Sequence record: OZ209023.1
From: Escherichia phage T4
Strand: one strand, 5' to 3'
DNA: 64,000 nucleotides
Positions 20,398 to 30,892 of the stretch are shown here, piece after piece. A program made the translations under genes and the position numbers. Positions within the stretch are counted from its first letter, which is position 1; each line of letters begins with the position of its first letter. The notes under the pieces are model-generated. The model saw only the letters and a list, made by a program, of their open reading frames with translations, searched no databases and was not told the DNA's origin.

Positions 20398-20539
20398 TGA
20401 AAGCTTTAACTAATGCTTTATTAACTTCAGCATATTGAGTAGTAGCCCATTGAACGTCATCTTTCATCATTGTGATTTCTTTAGTAAACATGCTTTCATT
20501 CTTAAACCACCCCATAAAAACTACCTTTACCAATTCCAT
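20357..20539 (-). CDS. dmd: Dmd, antitoxin against host RnlA/LsoA RNase toxins
   Basis: 60-aa ORF immediately downstream of gene 41; size, position and sequence consistent with T4 Dmd (gene 61.5). Confidence 0.6.
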   Translation of the reverse strand: MELVKVVFMGWFKNESMFTKEITMMKDDVQWATTQYAEVNKALVKAFIDDKKVCEVDCRG

Positions 20540-20568
20540 AACAATCTCCTCATTTAACCGACAAGACT

Positions 20569-20598
20569 ACTATACCATAGTCTTGTCAGCTTGTAAAC
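20569..20598 (-). promoter_or_regulatory. early promoter (GTTTAC / TATAGT)
   Basis: plus gtaaac 20593-20598, actata 20569-20574. Confidence 0.4.
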
Positions 20599-22025
20599 TA
20601 AAATTTTAATTCATTCGCCAAAGCATCTAACTGAGCTCGAGTCGATTCATTTCTTTGATAGCGATTCTGCTCAGCCTGAATCTGTTGTGAACCTGCTACT
20701 TCGTTCACTTCAGTTGGAGTAGAATCTTGTTCAATTTCTACCCATTTTTGATTTCCTTTTTGAACACCCATCAAAAACTTATTCCACTTATTCTTATCAC
20801 CATATCGTGATTTGATTTGCTTAATGAGTTGTTGTTCAGCAGCTGCTAGCTCCTCGGTTTCAATGACCGCAAGCATAAAATCGGCTGTTGCTGGAAGACC
20901 GGCAGATTCTGCAATATCGCTCATGTTAACATCGGAAGAGTCCCAAGCTTGTTTACCAACCTGTGCTGCAGTCCAAAGAACAGTTTCGGTTTCAACAGCC
21001 AGAGCACGTAATTCCTCTGCAATAGCTTTAACAGTTGTGTAACTATTTTCTGAATAAACTCTAATGCGGCAAGATTTACAAATACCTAGATAGTCGACAA
21101 TAATGATTGTTGGAACAAAATTCTTCTTGAGCTTCAATTCGTTTAAAAGTGATCGAAATGTATTAGCGTCTGCTCCACCAGTAGGATACTGTTTAACGAT
21201 TAAACGACCAAGAGTAGATTTCTCACGCCATTTTTCCATTTTTCCTTTATACTCAGCGTAAGAAATATGCCCATCATCAATGTCATCAAGAGAAACATCA
21301 AGCATATTAGCGTCAATACGTTTAGCACAGACTTCTTCTGCCATTTCCATGGAAATGTAAAGAACATTATGTCCGAGCTGTAAATAATCTGCCGCTAATG
21401 AACACAATCCTAATGATTTACCAACGTTAACGCCAGCCATTAAAACGTTCAGTGTTCCAGTTTCAGCTCCGCCTTTCGTAATTTTGTTCAGAATTCTGAG
21501 TTTAAATGGAACCTTACGAGCTTTATTCATATAAGATAGCCAACGTGCTTCGTAGTCATCCATCCAATCATGACCAACGTAACTATCAAATGAAATTGAT
21601 AATGCCTGGCGCATGATGTCAGGAATAGCACCAACATCCGGCATTTTCTTATTTCGTTTTTCCGGAGGAAGCTCAGCATTAGTTTGAATTTCGATTATTT
21701 TAGACGTAGCATTAAACATCGCCCTTTGCTGAACATATTTTTCTGTTTCTTTTACTAACCAGCTGTGGTCTTCCGGAGAATCAGCCAGTTTTGAAATAAG
21801 TGTTTTTACACCAGAATATTCTGTTTCAGTAAATGAACTATTTTCTAATGCAACATTTAACGCATTAATAGATGGAACGCTATGGTACTCATTAACATGA
21901 GATTTAATTAATTTGAATGTATTTTTAGCTGGACCACTTTCAAAATATTCTGAATCCATATATGGCCAAACTTTTGAAAAATAAGCTTGATCAAATATGA
22001 GATGAGAAAGAATAATTTCTACCAC
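20598..22025 (-). CDS. 41: replicative DNA helicase gp41 (DnaB-like)
   Basis: 475-aa ORF; Walker A GVNVGKS; length matches T4 gp41. Confidence 0.9.
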   Translation of the reverse strand: MVEIILSHLIFDQAYFSKVWPYMDSEYFESGPAKNTFKLIKSHVNEYHSVPSINALNVALENSSFTETEYSGVKTLISKLADSPEDHSWLVKETEKYVQQRAMFNATSKIIEIQTNAELPPEKRNKKMPDVGAIPDIMRQALSISFDSYVGHDWMDDYEARWLSYMNKARKVPFKLRILNKITKGGAETGTLNVLMAGVNVGKSLGLCSLAADYLQLGHNVLYISMEMAEEVCAKRIDANMLDVSLDDIDDGHISYAEYKGKMEKWREKSTLGRLIVKQYPTGGADANTFRSLLNELKLKKNFVPTIIIVDYLGICKSCRIRVYSENSYTTVKAIAEELRALAVETETVLWTAAQVGKQAWDSSDVNMSDIAESAGLPATADFMLAVIETEELAAAEQQLIKQIKSRYGDKNKWNKFLMGVQKGNQKWVEIEQDSTPTEVNEVAGSQQIQAEQNRYQRNESTRAQLDALANELKF

Positions 22026-22034
22026 ACTTACTCC

Positions 22035-22397
22035 TTAAAAGAATTTAAATTTTTTCTTTGACCTTTTATTAAATGCATCTTGCAGTTGCATTGTAATACA
22101 TTTTTCTACATGAGGAGCTAACTCAGCTTTTCTTTCTTGGTCAAGAACAGCAAAGTCCATTACAACCTTTCCATCAACCCAATCCAGTTTAGTTACATAC
22201 ACTATATGCGTAGAACCATCTTCTAGTTTAATGACAATCTCCTGGATAACATTTTCCATAGCAGATTTAATTATCTTAAGAGACTCATTAAAAAGACGTT
22301 CTTTTCTTTCTTCTTCCCCCTCCGAAGAGGGGGATTCATCGATAATTTCTAGATCTAAATCTAAATCATCTTTATTCATTAAATTCTTCCATATCAC
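22035..22397 (-). CDS. hypothetical acidic protein (gene 40 position)
   Basis: 120-aa ORF between 41 and uvsX. Confidence 0.55.
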   Translation of the reverse strand: MIWKNLMNKDDLDLDLEIIDESPSSEGEEERKERLFNESLKIIKSAMENVIQEIVIKLEDGSTHIVYVTKLDWVDGKVVMDFAVLDQERKAELAPHVEKCITMQLQDAFNKRSKKKFKFF

Positions 22398-23547
22398 TTA
22401 GCTGTTCGAGGTCAGTTTCTAAATCAGCAGCTGATTTACTTTTACTTTCTGGAGATTTAAATTTTTCAACCTTTGAGTTAATCAATTCATCAACTTCAGC
22501 TTCAACAATTTCATTACTATCAATAGCACCTAACTGATAAGCACGTTTAATAGCATCTCGGAATGGTTGATGCTTAAATAAAGGACCCCAGAATGTAGTG
22601 CAGTTGGTATCTTTTGCACGCCAAGATTTTTCTTCGCGAATCATCTCGCCAGTTTCTTCGTCAAGAAATTCACGAGCATACCAGCCATTTTTAGGTTTTA
22701 CCACGAATCCTAATTCTAGAGCCATATCTAACAATCCAGAATAAGGATCGATACCACCGTCAAATTTAACATCAATAAAGAATTTACTTTTTTCTTTAAC
22801 GGTACGAGATTTTTCTACATTTAGAACAAATTGATACCCCTGAAGATCAGAACCATCTTTAATCTGGCGTTTACCGATAATGAATACGGTATCAGCCGAA
22901 TACATCGGTCCAGTACCACCTCCCATAACTGTTTTACTAAACATTTCTTGTGTTTCGTATGTATGGTTAATAGCAATACATGGAATATTTTTAGTACTAA
23001 AATAGGGAGTTACGATACGAAATAAGCTTTTCATTGTTTTAGCTCTAGTCATATCACTAACAACTTTTTCATTTAAAGCATCTTCAGTTTCTTTCTTAGA
23101 AGCTAAGTTACCAAGTGAATCGATAAAAACGACTACCTTTTCGCCGCGTTCAATTGCATCCAATTGATTAACCATGTCAATACGTAATTGCTCAAGTGAT
23201 TGAACCGGAGTATGAATTACTCGTTCTGGATCGACTCCCATAGACCGCAAATAAGCAGGAGTAATACCAAATTCACTATCATAAAACAAACATACTGCAT
23301 CAGGATATTGACGCATGTAAGATGACACCATTGTTAATCCAAAGTTTGATTTAAATGATTTTGATGGACCTGCCAAAATTAACAGACCAGATTGCATACC
23401 ACCAGTAATTTCACCAGAAAGTGCAATATTCATCATAGGAATTTTTGTTCGAACTACATCTTTTTCATTAAAGAATTTAGATGCTGTTAATTCTGCAGTC
23501 AATTTAGAAGTAGAAGCTTTAATCAAACGAGATTTTAAATCAGACAT
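22372..23547 (-). CDS. uvsX: UvsX recombinase (RecA/Rad51 family)
   Basis: 391-aa ORF; Walker A GPSKSFKS; length matches T4 UvsX. Confidence 0.9.
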   Translation of the reverse strand: MSDLKSRLIKASTSKLTAELTASKFFNEKDVVRTKIPMMNIALSGEITGGMQSGLLILAGPSKSFKSNFGLTMVSSYMRQYPDAVCLFYDSEFGITPAYLRSMGVDPERVIHTPVQSLEQLRIDMVNQLDAIERGEKVVVFIDSLGNLASKKETEDALNEKVVSDMTRAKTMKSLFRIVTPYFSTKNIPCIAINHTYETQEMFSKTVMGGGTGPMYSADTVFIIGKRQIKDGSDLQGYQFVLNVEKSRTVKEKSKFFIDVKFDGGIDPYSGLLDMALELGFVVKPKNGWYAREFLDEETGEMIREEKSWRAKDTNCTTFWGPLFKHQPFRDAIKRAYQLGAIDSNEIVEAEVDELINSKVEKFKSPESKSKSAADLETDLEQLSDMEEFNE

Positions 23548-23555
23548 ATAATACC

Positions 23556-24233
23556 TTATAGTAGTGTTCTTGTTCCACGAAATACTTCGAGCATTCTTGC
23601 ATAAGATTTATTTGGAAATCCAGCTTCAATTGCTAATTTTTTAAGCTTAATAGCACCGGGTTTTCCAGAGTTTTCCCATATTTCTTTAATCTTTTCAATG
23701 TTATCCCACATTATTGGGTCACGTTTATGTGATGGTTTATTTCTATTATAACCATATGGATTATTAAGCAAAGCTTCTTTTCGTTTTGCTTTAGTTTCTT
23801 CTGACTGCTTTTTGCCTAGCTGGGCTTTCCGGCAAACATCACTAAATCCAAGATGTTTTGGTTTTCCTTTTTGAGCTTTTGAAATTTTTTCTTTGGTTTC
23901 TGATGAAACTCTATAACCAATTCTTCTACCACCCTCTCCACCAATTTTTAAATTATAAGTCATAGGATCATTTACCACATCTATTGTTACTAATTCTCTT
24001 TCAGCATCACGGGCTGATTTAAAATCTTTATAAAACCCAAGAATGCTTAAATTAAAATTTTTCTTACCATACTTTTTCTTGGCTTGTGCTAATAAAGTTC
24101 CTGATCCCATATAACCATCATTTAAATCATCGGTTGAATGAGTTCCATAGTAAATTTTATTATTAACTAAATTAGTTATAACATAAGTATAATTATATTT
24201 CTTTTCTTTATGTCTTTTCATGTCATTAATCAA
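23556..24233 (-). CDS. segA: GIY-YIG homing endonuclease SegA
   Basis: ORF with YVITNLVNNKIYYGTHS...YMGSG GIY-YIG motif between uvsX and beta-gt. Confidence 0.7.
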   Translation of the reverse strand: MINDMKRHKEKKYNYTYVITNLVNNKIYYGTHSTDDLNDGYMGSGTLLAQAKKKYGKKNFNLSILGFYKDFKSARDAERELVTIDVVNDPMTYNLKIGGEGGRRIGYRVSSETKEKISKAQKGKPKHLGFSDVCRKAQLGKKQSEETKAKRKEALLNNPYGYNRNKPSHKRDPIMWDNIEKIKEIWENSGKPGAIKLKKLAIEAGFPNKSYARMLEVFRGTRTLL

Positions 24234-24385
24234 CTGCTATTCGATGAACTTCTCTCTTTTCTAATCAATATAACAAAAGAAGTCCCAAAAAGCAAACAGA
24301 CCTAAACCGATAATAAGCAATAAAGGTCCTAACATTTATTCCACCGGTTAAAGATAAATAACTTTCTAATAATAGTTCATAATTT

Positions 24386-25441
24386 TTATAAATCAATAGC
24401 TTTTTTGAACGCATCTTGCCATTCGGCTTTCTTTGCACGGGTTTTATTTAAAATATCATGTTAAATAGAAAGCATCTCTTTACGCAAAACATCACTGTGT
24501 TTTAACTCATTGACTCTATCAATGAGTTCAGCACGATTATTTACATAAAAACGAGCATCATTAATAATTCGATGTTTGGTATCAAATTCTTCGTCAATTA
24601 GCATCACTGCATCAGATGCCATTGTTTCCCAGACGCGTAAGGTAATAAAGTTGTCATTATAATTCTTGTCACCAATAATTAATGCAGCAATAGCTTGACT
24701 ATTCTTTTCAGATACCATGTTCATAGGAATTTTTCCAGTGAACACCGGAGCTTTGGTCCAAGGATATTTAGGATTTTTAAACTGTTTTTCTCGTGCATTG
24801 CCAAAAAACTCAATATTTAAACCGGTGTCAAATAAGAATTCTACCATCTTGGATTCGCGTTGACCGGACCGAAATGAACCGCCATAAATAACATCCAAAG
24901 TTTTCTTGGTAGGCTTAGATAATTGAAAATCGTTCATATGAATTTTATATTGTTCAATAGGAAAATATTCAAATTCAATAACATTATCAACTTTCTTATG
25001 CGCAGCCTTAGCAATGTCTAAATTTATACCTTGGGAAATCACTTTAATTGGTGATTTAATTAATAGCTCTTCTTCAGTGTACAAATATGCCCATGGTCTA
25101 TTTTTAACATTTGGCCAAGACTGCGAAAACGGCAAACGTATATCTGTAAATAAATAATAAATTTTACTTTTGTATTTTGCCATAAATTTTTGCGCAGATA
25201 AAATTGCTAAATTAGGTTTACCGCCAAAAAAGTTAATAGAAGAATTAACAACTATCAAACGGTCATAATCATTAACATCTACTTCATCAAAAGATTTAGT
25301 GTAAACACCATTTTTAAGAGAAATAATGTCGACATTAAGACCCATTTCAGAAATAACTTTAAAAAGATAAATAGTTTCAGAAGATGGAACAGTTTTAAAA
25401 TTAATAACATTATTACCCATATTAATTATAGCAATTTTCAT
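24386..25441 (-). pseudogene. bgt: DNA beta-glucosyltransferase gene interrupted by in-frame ochre codon at 24461-24463 (product 326 aa instead of 351)
   Basis: ORF MKIAIINMGNNVINFKTVPSSETIYL... stops at TAA; the next 24 codons continue in frame (HDILNKTRAKKAEWQDAFKKAIDL) to a second stop at 24386, restoring a 351-codon gene. Confidence 0.7.
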
Positions 25442-25464
25442 ATTATTCCTTTTATGTTAAACGA

Positions 25465-26205
25465 TTAAGCGTATTTTCCTACATAATCTTTTTTCGAAAT
25501 ATGTGTTTCGCCAGTTTTCCACCAATGATCAACCAAATAAAAATGACGAGAATACACATGTAGGCTTCCAACATTCCATATAATGGAACCTGCTTTATAC
25601 TGGCGAGTTGAATCACCTGCATTCAAATCAGATACTAATTTATCTAATACGTATTTTTGCCATGCATAATCATTACGGAATCCGAAGACCACGTCATTTG
25701 AGCGCATGTTAACAACCGCATTGATTTTCTTGTCACGAATCAGGTATTGTACTGTATTCGTGCACATGAAATCTGACATACCATCTTTATTATAGTCAAA
25801 CTGCATAGATGGACGAGTATAAATCATGATACCACGTCGAGAATCAGGATTTTGACCAAGTTCAGCTAAACACATGTCATACTGAGCATAGTTATCTTCT
25901 GACCAGATAGCCCAACCATAATTCGAGTTAATTTCACCTTTAGAAGATGCTACTTGTTGCCAAATCTTCGGTGTTTCACCCGGAATATCTTTAACGAACA
26001 AGCTTTTAGATTTATACCATTCAAGTTCACGCTGAATGTATTCATCATTAAGAGCGCCAAAAATAAACGGTTCATCTGCTACAAATGATGCGCCAATAAT
26101 TTCAATAGTTTTAACACCTGTTTTATCAACTACGAAATCTTTTTCTTTTAATGCAAGCCCCAAATGAAGACGGATTTCTTCAACTGTCATAGAGTCACTA
26201 ATCAT
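25465..26205 (-). CDS. 42: dCMP hydroxymethylase gp42
   Basis: 246-aa ORF, thymidylate-synthase-like fold; recognised sequence. Confidence 0.9.
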   Translation of the reverse strand: MISDSMTVEEIRLHLGLALKEKDFVVDKTGVKTIEIIGASFVADEPFIFGALNDEYIQRELEWYKSKSLFVKDIPGETPKIWQQVASSKGEINSNYGWAIWSEDNYAQYDMCLAELGQNPDSRRGIMIYTRPSMQFDYNKDGMSDFMCTNTVQYLIRDKKINAVVNMRSNDVVFGFRNDYAWQKYVLDKLVSDLNAGDSTRQYKAGSIIWNVGSLHVYSRHFYLVDHWWKTGETHISKKDYVGKYA

Positions 26206-26358
26206 TTAAACCTCAATTGATACATTCATATTTAACTTGTAACAGTAATAAACTCCAACCTAAAATAATAGTTGGAATCATAAGAGGAACCGTTACACTA
26301 TAGTATATACTTATTATAATCATCAAGATTAAAAGCAATGCTGCTATAATTTTGCTTT

Positions 26359-26610
26359 TCATTCCTTCTCTCTGATGATAATTACCTGATTTGGCTGCGC
26401 AGACTTTTTAGTTTCACCTGCAATTGACCAAATAAATGTAATAAACCAACCAATAATTGACCAGTTAAACAGTAAAGATGCGAAAAAGATTCCTACTGTC
26501 GATTTTGACCCACGCATCAAGGCGATAAACCATGGAAGCATGTATATAATAATAGCCAACACGCCTGAAACTAAAACCATAAAAATTGAACCTGCTACTA
26601 AAGTTTCCAT
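26359..26610 (-). CDS. imm: superinfection immunity membrane protein Imm
   Basis: 83-aa ORF with two hydrophobic helices. Confidence 0.8.
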   Translation of the reverse strand: METLVAGSIFMVLVSGVLAIIIYMLPWFIALMRGSKSTVGIFFASLLFNWSIIGWFITFIWSIAGETKKSAQPNQVIIIREKE

Positions 26611-26617
26611 GTTTTCC

Positions 26618-27010
26618 TCACTTAGTCAAATTTTTTACACATGAATTATAAGAATTCACTACATACTCCATCGGAGCGTTTTTACCTGTACGCCACTGGT
26701 AATTATTAGCCCAATTTGCCCAAAGCTCAGCGCAGTAGTTTTCAATTTTTTCTTCGCGTGTAATTACATCTGAATTACGATATGCTTGAGCAGATTCATT
26801 TGGACGAATAGCTTCGTCAAAATTCGCCTGCATTTGTTCTACTGTCTGTTTTGGAGCTTCTTTATAACACTTGACATTAGGATTATAAAATTTGCTTGAA
26901 CAGTTTACAATTTTTCCTACATCAGACTGATTTACTACCGGTCCTTGAGCTACACAACCAGCAAGACCTAATGCAATAACCAAAATAGCGATTTTCATTT
27001 CATTCTCCAA
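26618..27010 (-). CDS. hypothetical secreted protein (imm.1 position)
   Basis: 130-aa ORF with signal peptide and Cys residues. Confidence 0.55.
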   Translation of the reverse strand: MENEMKIAILVIALGLAGCVAQGPVVNQSDVGKIVNCSSKFYNPNVKCYKEAPKQTVEQMQANFDEAIRPNESAQAYRNSDVITREEKIENYCAELWANWANNYQWRTGKNAPMEYVVNSYNSCVKNLTK

Positions 27011-27035
27011 ATCCGTATCAGTAGTTGATAGTTGT

Positions 27036-27065
27036 ATAGTACCATGGAAGAACAGTCTTGTAAAC
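27036..27065 (-). promoter_or_regulatory. early promoter (GTTTAC / TACTAT) within a repeated 22-nt block
   Basis: plus gtaaac 27060-27065, atagta 27036-27041; block agttgatagttgtatagtacca also at 52824 and 54265. Confidence 0.45.
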
Positions 27066-27182
27066 AGTTTTGTGAAAAAATTTTTAGGGAATCCAAAGGG
27101 TCCAGAATCATCTCTTTTTCATAAGTATAGATTTATATTACTTGTATGAAAAAGGGACCTGGAGGTCCCTAGATTTATTCTA

Positions 27183-29879
27183 TCAGCCAAACAGGAAGTC
27201 TAACGAAGCTTTTTCTTCATAGTCCATGCCAGCCGATTCACACATACCCGCAAGCGGTTTAACAAACGATTTTTGGAACAAAGTTGAGTGGTCAATCCAA
27301 GATAGCACATCAGAACGAATTTCTTTTGGAAGTTCTGTACCCGATGGCCAAGCAATGCACTTGTCACCAAATGGATTTCCTTCACGTAATGGAAGAACCA
27401 TTACTTTATTTCCATCCAAAATTGGAGCTACACCTAAACCGCTAACAGCTCGACGATAAGTTAGCACACCACGAATATGGAACGGGCATTTAAATCCTGG
27501 CCAACCTTTATCATCATATTTCGCTATATCGTTCGCAGTTTTTACTTCAGCAATAACTTTATAGTCAAGTTGACGATATTCTTTCTCGAAGTTCTTGTAG
27601 TATTCTTGGACAGACTCTTCACCTTCCTGAAGAATACGACGAATACTTTCTTCGAGAGCTTCTTGCACTGCTTTTGGTGTTGAACTCTGCTGAGTTTCCA
27701 TACCCATGATTTTTAGATGCGGTTCAGCAAATCGCTTATCTTCCATATCATAAACGTTCAGAGCATAACGCTTTTTCGCTTTCCAAAATCCACCAACGCC
27801 CTTTGAACCAAGCGGAGGGCAAGAAATAGCTTCACGGTCCATATGCATCAGATGCTCGCGGTTATTCATATAATCACATAACTCACGATATGCAACATCA
27901 ATCATAGGTTCCATCTTTTTCTTACCGAACTGATTCATGAATTCAACCAAATCGTTCTGCTCTTTGAATCGGTCAAGACCAACTTTTTCAATAACTTTAT
28001 CTACGCAAACATATACCGAATCAGTATCACCTGCTGCAATGAAATCTTCATCATTAGTTCCGCATACTTTATTCAGATATTCATTAATTTTACGAGCAAT
28101 CCACTGAATACCGACTTGGCCGAAAATTGTGATAGCAGTAGCATTTCGCAAATCATAGTAACGGAAATGAATATTACCAAGAGCACCATAAAGACTGTTA
28201 ATGAGAATTTTACGGTTCAGCTGATTTGTATTAGCAAGTGTAGCTGCTTTTTCACATTCTTCAATCAGACTATTGAGAACAGATTCGGTGTAATTCGATA
28301 GTTCATTTAAGAAATCATCACTGAACTTAACATATCGTTCAACTTCTGGTTTAGTTGAACAAGACCCTGCGCCTTTCATAATAATCTTTTTAATAGCTTC
28401 GGCATTCATTTCTTCAGCGAACATTTTCTTTTTCCAGTCTTTACGCTGGAAAAATACTTTAGCGATTTCCTTTGGAATGATACCTTCTTGATGTTTATCA
28501 TACATCCATCCATTCGGAGAACAAGAATATTCATCACTCGGTTTAGGAGCTGTTCCTGCGATATATTCATGAATTGGATGAACTTTAAACTGACCACGAA
28601 TAGTTTCAGGACTAATGTTAACCTGGCGAATAATGCTCGGATACAGAGACGTCAAGTCAAAACTCATAATGTATCGACGTGCAATTGGTTTAGGTTCAAA
28701 CACAAATGCACCCGGAAAACTCTGTTTAACGTGCGAACCTTGTTGAGGAATAACCTTATGTTCACCTTTCAATGAGTTAAAAATAATAGCATCCCAAGTT
28801 TTAATAGGACTCATTACATCAGAAAAAGGCATTTTAGCGTAATAAGACATACTTAAAACTAGATCGATAAACCCACGAATTTTATCGATTGCTTGAACTG
28901 ATTCTACGTCAATGATGTTATAACTAATGTATCGTTGATGATTAGTCTCACGAAGTTTATTAATAGGACCGTCGTATGGTAATTTACCTTTTTTGGTTTC
29001 ATGTTGAGCAACTGATTCCAAAGAGAATGACGGCAAATTAGTAAAAGCGAATTTCTTGTACAAATCTAAATAATCAAGAATAGATACGCCATCAATAGAA
29101 TAAATTTCTTTGCTACCGTACATATTTTGAATTAGTTTAGATTTTACCCGACCGATTGGAGAGAAACGTTTCATACTACGTTCACCCAGAATCATTTTAA
29201 CACGATTCATGATATACGGAACGTCAAACCCCTCAATATTCCAACCAGTAAAAATAGCAGGTCGTTTCTGTTCCCAAAGATTGATATATTCCATGAGCAT
29301 ATCACGCTCATTATCGAATGGCATATAAATTACTCGGTCAAGAATTTCTTGAGGAACTTCATCACCACCTTCACAGTCAAGCTTAGCAGCTAACTTTGCA
29401 TCCCATTTTGATACTGAACCGTACATTGAATTCAAAAGGTCGAAAACATAAAAACGATCGTCAATTGAATCGTAATGAGTGATAGCATCAATTTCATATT
29501 CTGCTTTCATTGGGTCAGGAAATTTATCACCAGTAACCTCAATGTCACAGTTAGCTACACGAACAAATTTTCGGTCATAAACAATTTCTGAACCATATGT
29601 ATCACTTATATAAGCGAGTTTAAAATCGTTCATACCGAGAGCTTCGAGACCGATGTCTTCCATTCGCTTCATCCAATCTCGAGCATCTTTCATTGATGGA
29701 AATTTTTGAGGAGCGCAGTTTTTACTATAGATGTCTTTGTATTTTGACTCTTCCTTACAATGCCTAAACATAGTTGGAAGATATTCTACTTCACGGGTAC
29801 GTTCCTTTCCATTTTCATCAATATAACGTTCAACAATGTTATTTCCGACTGTTTCAATAGAGATATAAAATTCTTTCAT
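27183..29879 (-). CDS. 43: DNA polymerase gp43 (family B)
   Basis: 898-aa ORF; exo motifs (FDIE), polymerase motifs (DTDS, KILINSLYGALG). Confidence 0.95.
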   Translation of the reverse strand: MKEFYISIETVGNNIVERYIDENGKERTREVEYLPTMFRHCKEESKYKDIYSKNCAPQKFPSMKDARDWMKRMEDIGLEALGMNDFKLAYISDTYGSEIVYDRKFVRVANCDIEVTGDKFPDPMKAEYEIDAITHYDSIDDRFYVFDLLNSMYGSVSKWDAKLAAKLDCEGGDEVPQEILDRVIYMPFDNERDMLMEYINLWEQKRPAIFTGWNIEGFDVPYIMNRVKMILGERSMKRFSPIGRVKSKLIQNMYGSKEIYSIDGVSILDYLDLYKKFAFTNLPSFSLESVAQHETKKGKLPYDGPINKLRETNHQRYISYNIIDVESVQAIDKIRGFIDLVLSMSYYAKMPFSDVMSPIKTWDAIIFNSLKGEHKVIPQQGSHVKQSFPGAFVFEPKPIARRYIMSFDLTSLYPSIIRQVNISPETIRGQFKVHPIHEYIAGTAPKPSDEYSCSPNGWMYDKHQEGIIPKEIAKVFFQRKDWKKKMFAEEMNAEAIKKIIMKGAGSCSTKPEVERYVKFSDDFLNELSNYTESVLNSLIEECEKAATLANTNQLNRKILINSLYGALGNIHFRYYDLRNATAITIFGQVGIQWIARKINEYLNKVCGTNDEDFIAAGDTDSVYVCVDKVIEKVGLDRFKEQNDLVEFMNQFGKKKMEPMIDVAYRELCDYMNNREHLMHMDREAISCPPLGSKGVGGFWKAKKRYALNVYDMEDKRFAEPHLKIMGMETQQSSTPKAVQEALEESIRRILQEGEESVQEYYKNFEKEYRQLDYKVIAEVKTANDIAKYDDKGWPGFKCPFHIRGVLTYRRAVSGLGVAPILDGNKVMVLPLREGNPFGDKCIAWPSGTELPKEIRSDVLSWIDHSTLFQKSFVKPLAGMCESAGMDYEEKASLDFLFG

Positions 29880-29937
29880 AGATATTCCTTAGTTTATAGC
29901 CCGAGTTATTAGGCTCTTGATATATTATACTCCAAAT

Positions 29938-29955
29938 AAGGGGCCGAAGCCCCTT
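29938..29955 (-). terminator. intercistronic UUCG-loop hairpin
   Basis: plus aaggggc-cgaa-gcccctt between regA and gene 43. Confidence 0.4.
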
Positions 29956-29957
29956 GC

Positions 29958-30326
29958 TTAATTACCAATCGTATATTTAGGAACGAGCTTCCATTCATGT
30001 TTTTGTTTAAAAGAAATAACTCGGAAGTTATTAGTTAAATCTTTCATAAAAGTTCTTTGACCAGGAACGATTTCAATTAGTCCCCAATCTTCTAATAGCC
30101 ATGCAATCGAATCACGACGAACTTCATCTTCTTCTGTCATTTCAACTTGACGACCATCCATACGAAGCATTTCTTTAAAATGAACGATATAGTATAGTCC
30201 TTTTTTCTGAAGAATATGACAGGACTGATATAGAACTTTATCTTTATTATTAGCAATTCCCATACGAGTCAAAGTTTCTTTTACTTTCAGAAAATCTTCA
30301 GGTTTTTTAAGAGTAATTTCAATCAT
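29958..30326 (-). CDS. regA: translational repressor RegA
   Basis: 122-aa ORF; recognised sequence. Confidence 0.85.
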   Translation of the reverse strand: MIEITLKKPEDFLKVKETLTRMGIANNKDKVLYQSCHILQKKGLYYIVHFKEMLRMDGRQVEMTEEDEVRRDSIAWLLEDWGLIEIVPGQRTFMKDLTNNFRVISFKQKHEWKLVPKYTIGN

Positions 30327-30327
30327 T

Positions 30328-30891
30328 TTACCATTCCAATGCTAGTTTTTTGAGTTGTTTCTGTTCTTTTACGTTCTTAGTCACTTCTTTCAAAAAATCA
30401 TCCGTGACTAAACCTTTTAGTTCTTTTAATACTAAAGGAAGTTTTCCATTTTTAGTAAGAATTGATTTATAGTTAATTGCATCATTTGTATTAACTTGAT
30501 ACCGCTTAGCAAGTAACTTAATAATCAATACTTCGGTGGAATCTTCAACCAGTTTTGCCCATTTACCATATCTTTTACCACGAGGAACTGCAGCCATTAG
30601 ATAATTAAAATGAGCTTCATCACTTAAGCCTGATCCAATTAAATTCATAGCATATACAGCTGGCATACACTCTGGAAATTGTGATAATGCATTTTCAACC
30701 ATGAATTTTGAATAATCTTTTTGAGCAATAGAGCATTTAGTTTTATTATTAATAGCTCCAATTATTTCAAAAAATTCATTTTCTGCTTTTTCTTTAAAAG
30801 AATCAGCAGCGGATTGGACAGCTGTCCAATCTTTTGAATACCAAGCAACTTGATGCTCGTTTAATTGAATATCATCTTTAAATAAGCTCAT
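30328..30891 (-). CDS. 62: clamp loader small subunit gp62
   Basis: 187-aa ORF; position in 45-44-62-regA operon. Confidence 0.85.
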
Positions 30892-30892
30892 A

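Noticed and set aside
27200-28775. Several ORFs of 60-95 aa on both strands inside the DNA polymerase gene (27200..27385, 27226..27459, 27477..27683, 28116..28301, 28406..28597, 28488..28775)
   Set aside because: Embedded in or antisense to the well-supported 898-aa gp43 frame; typical chance ORFs in A+T-rich DNA.
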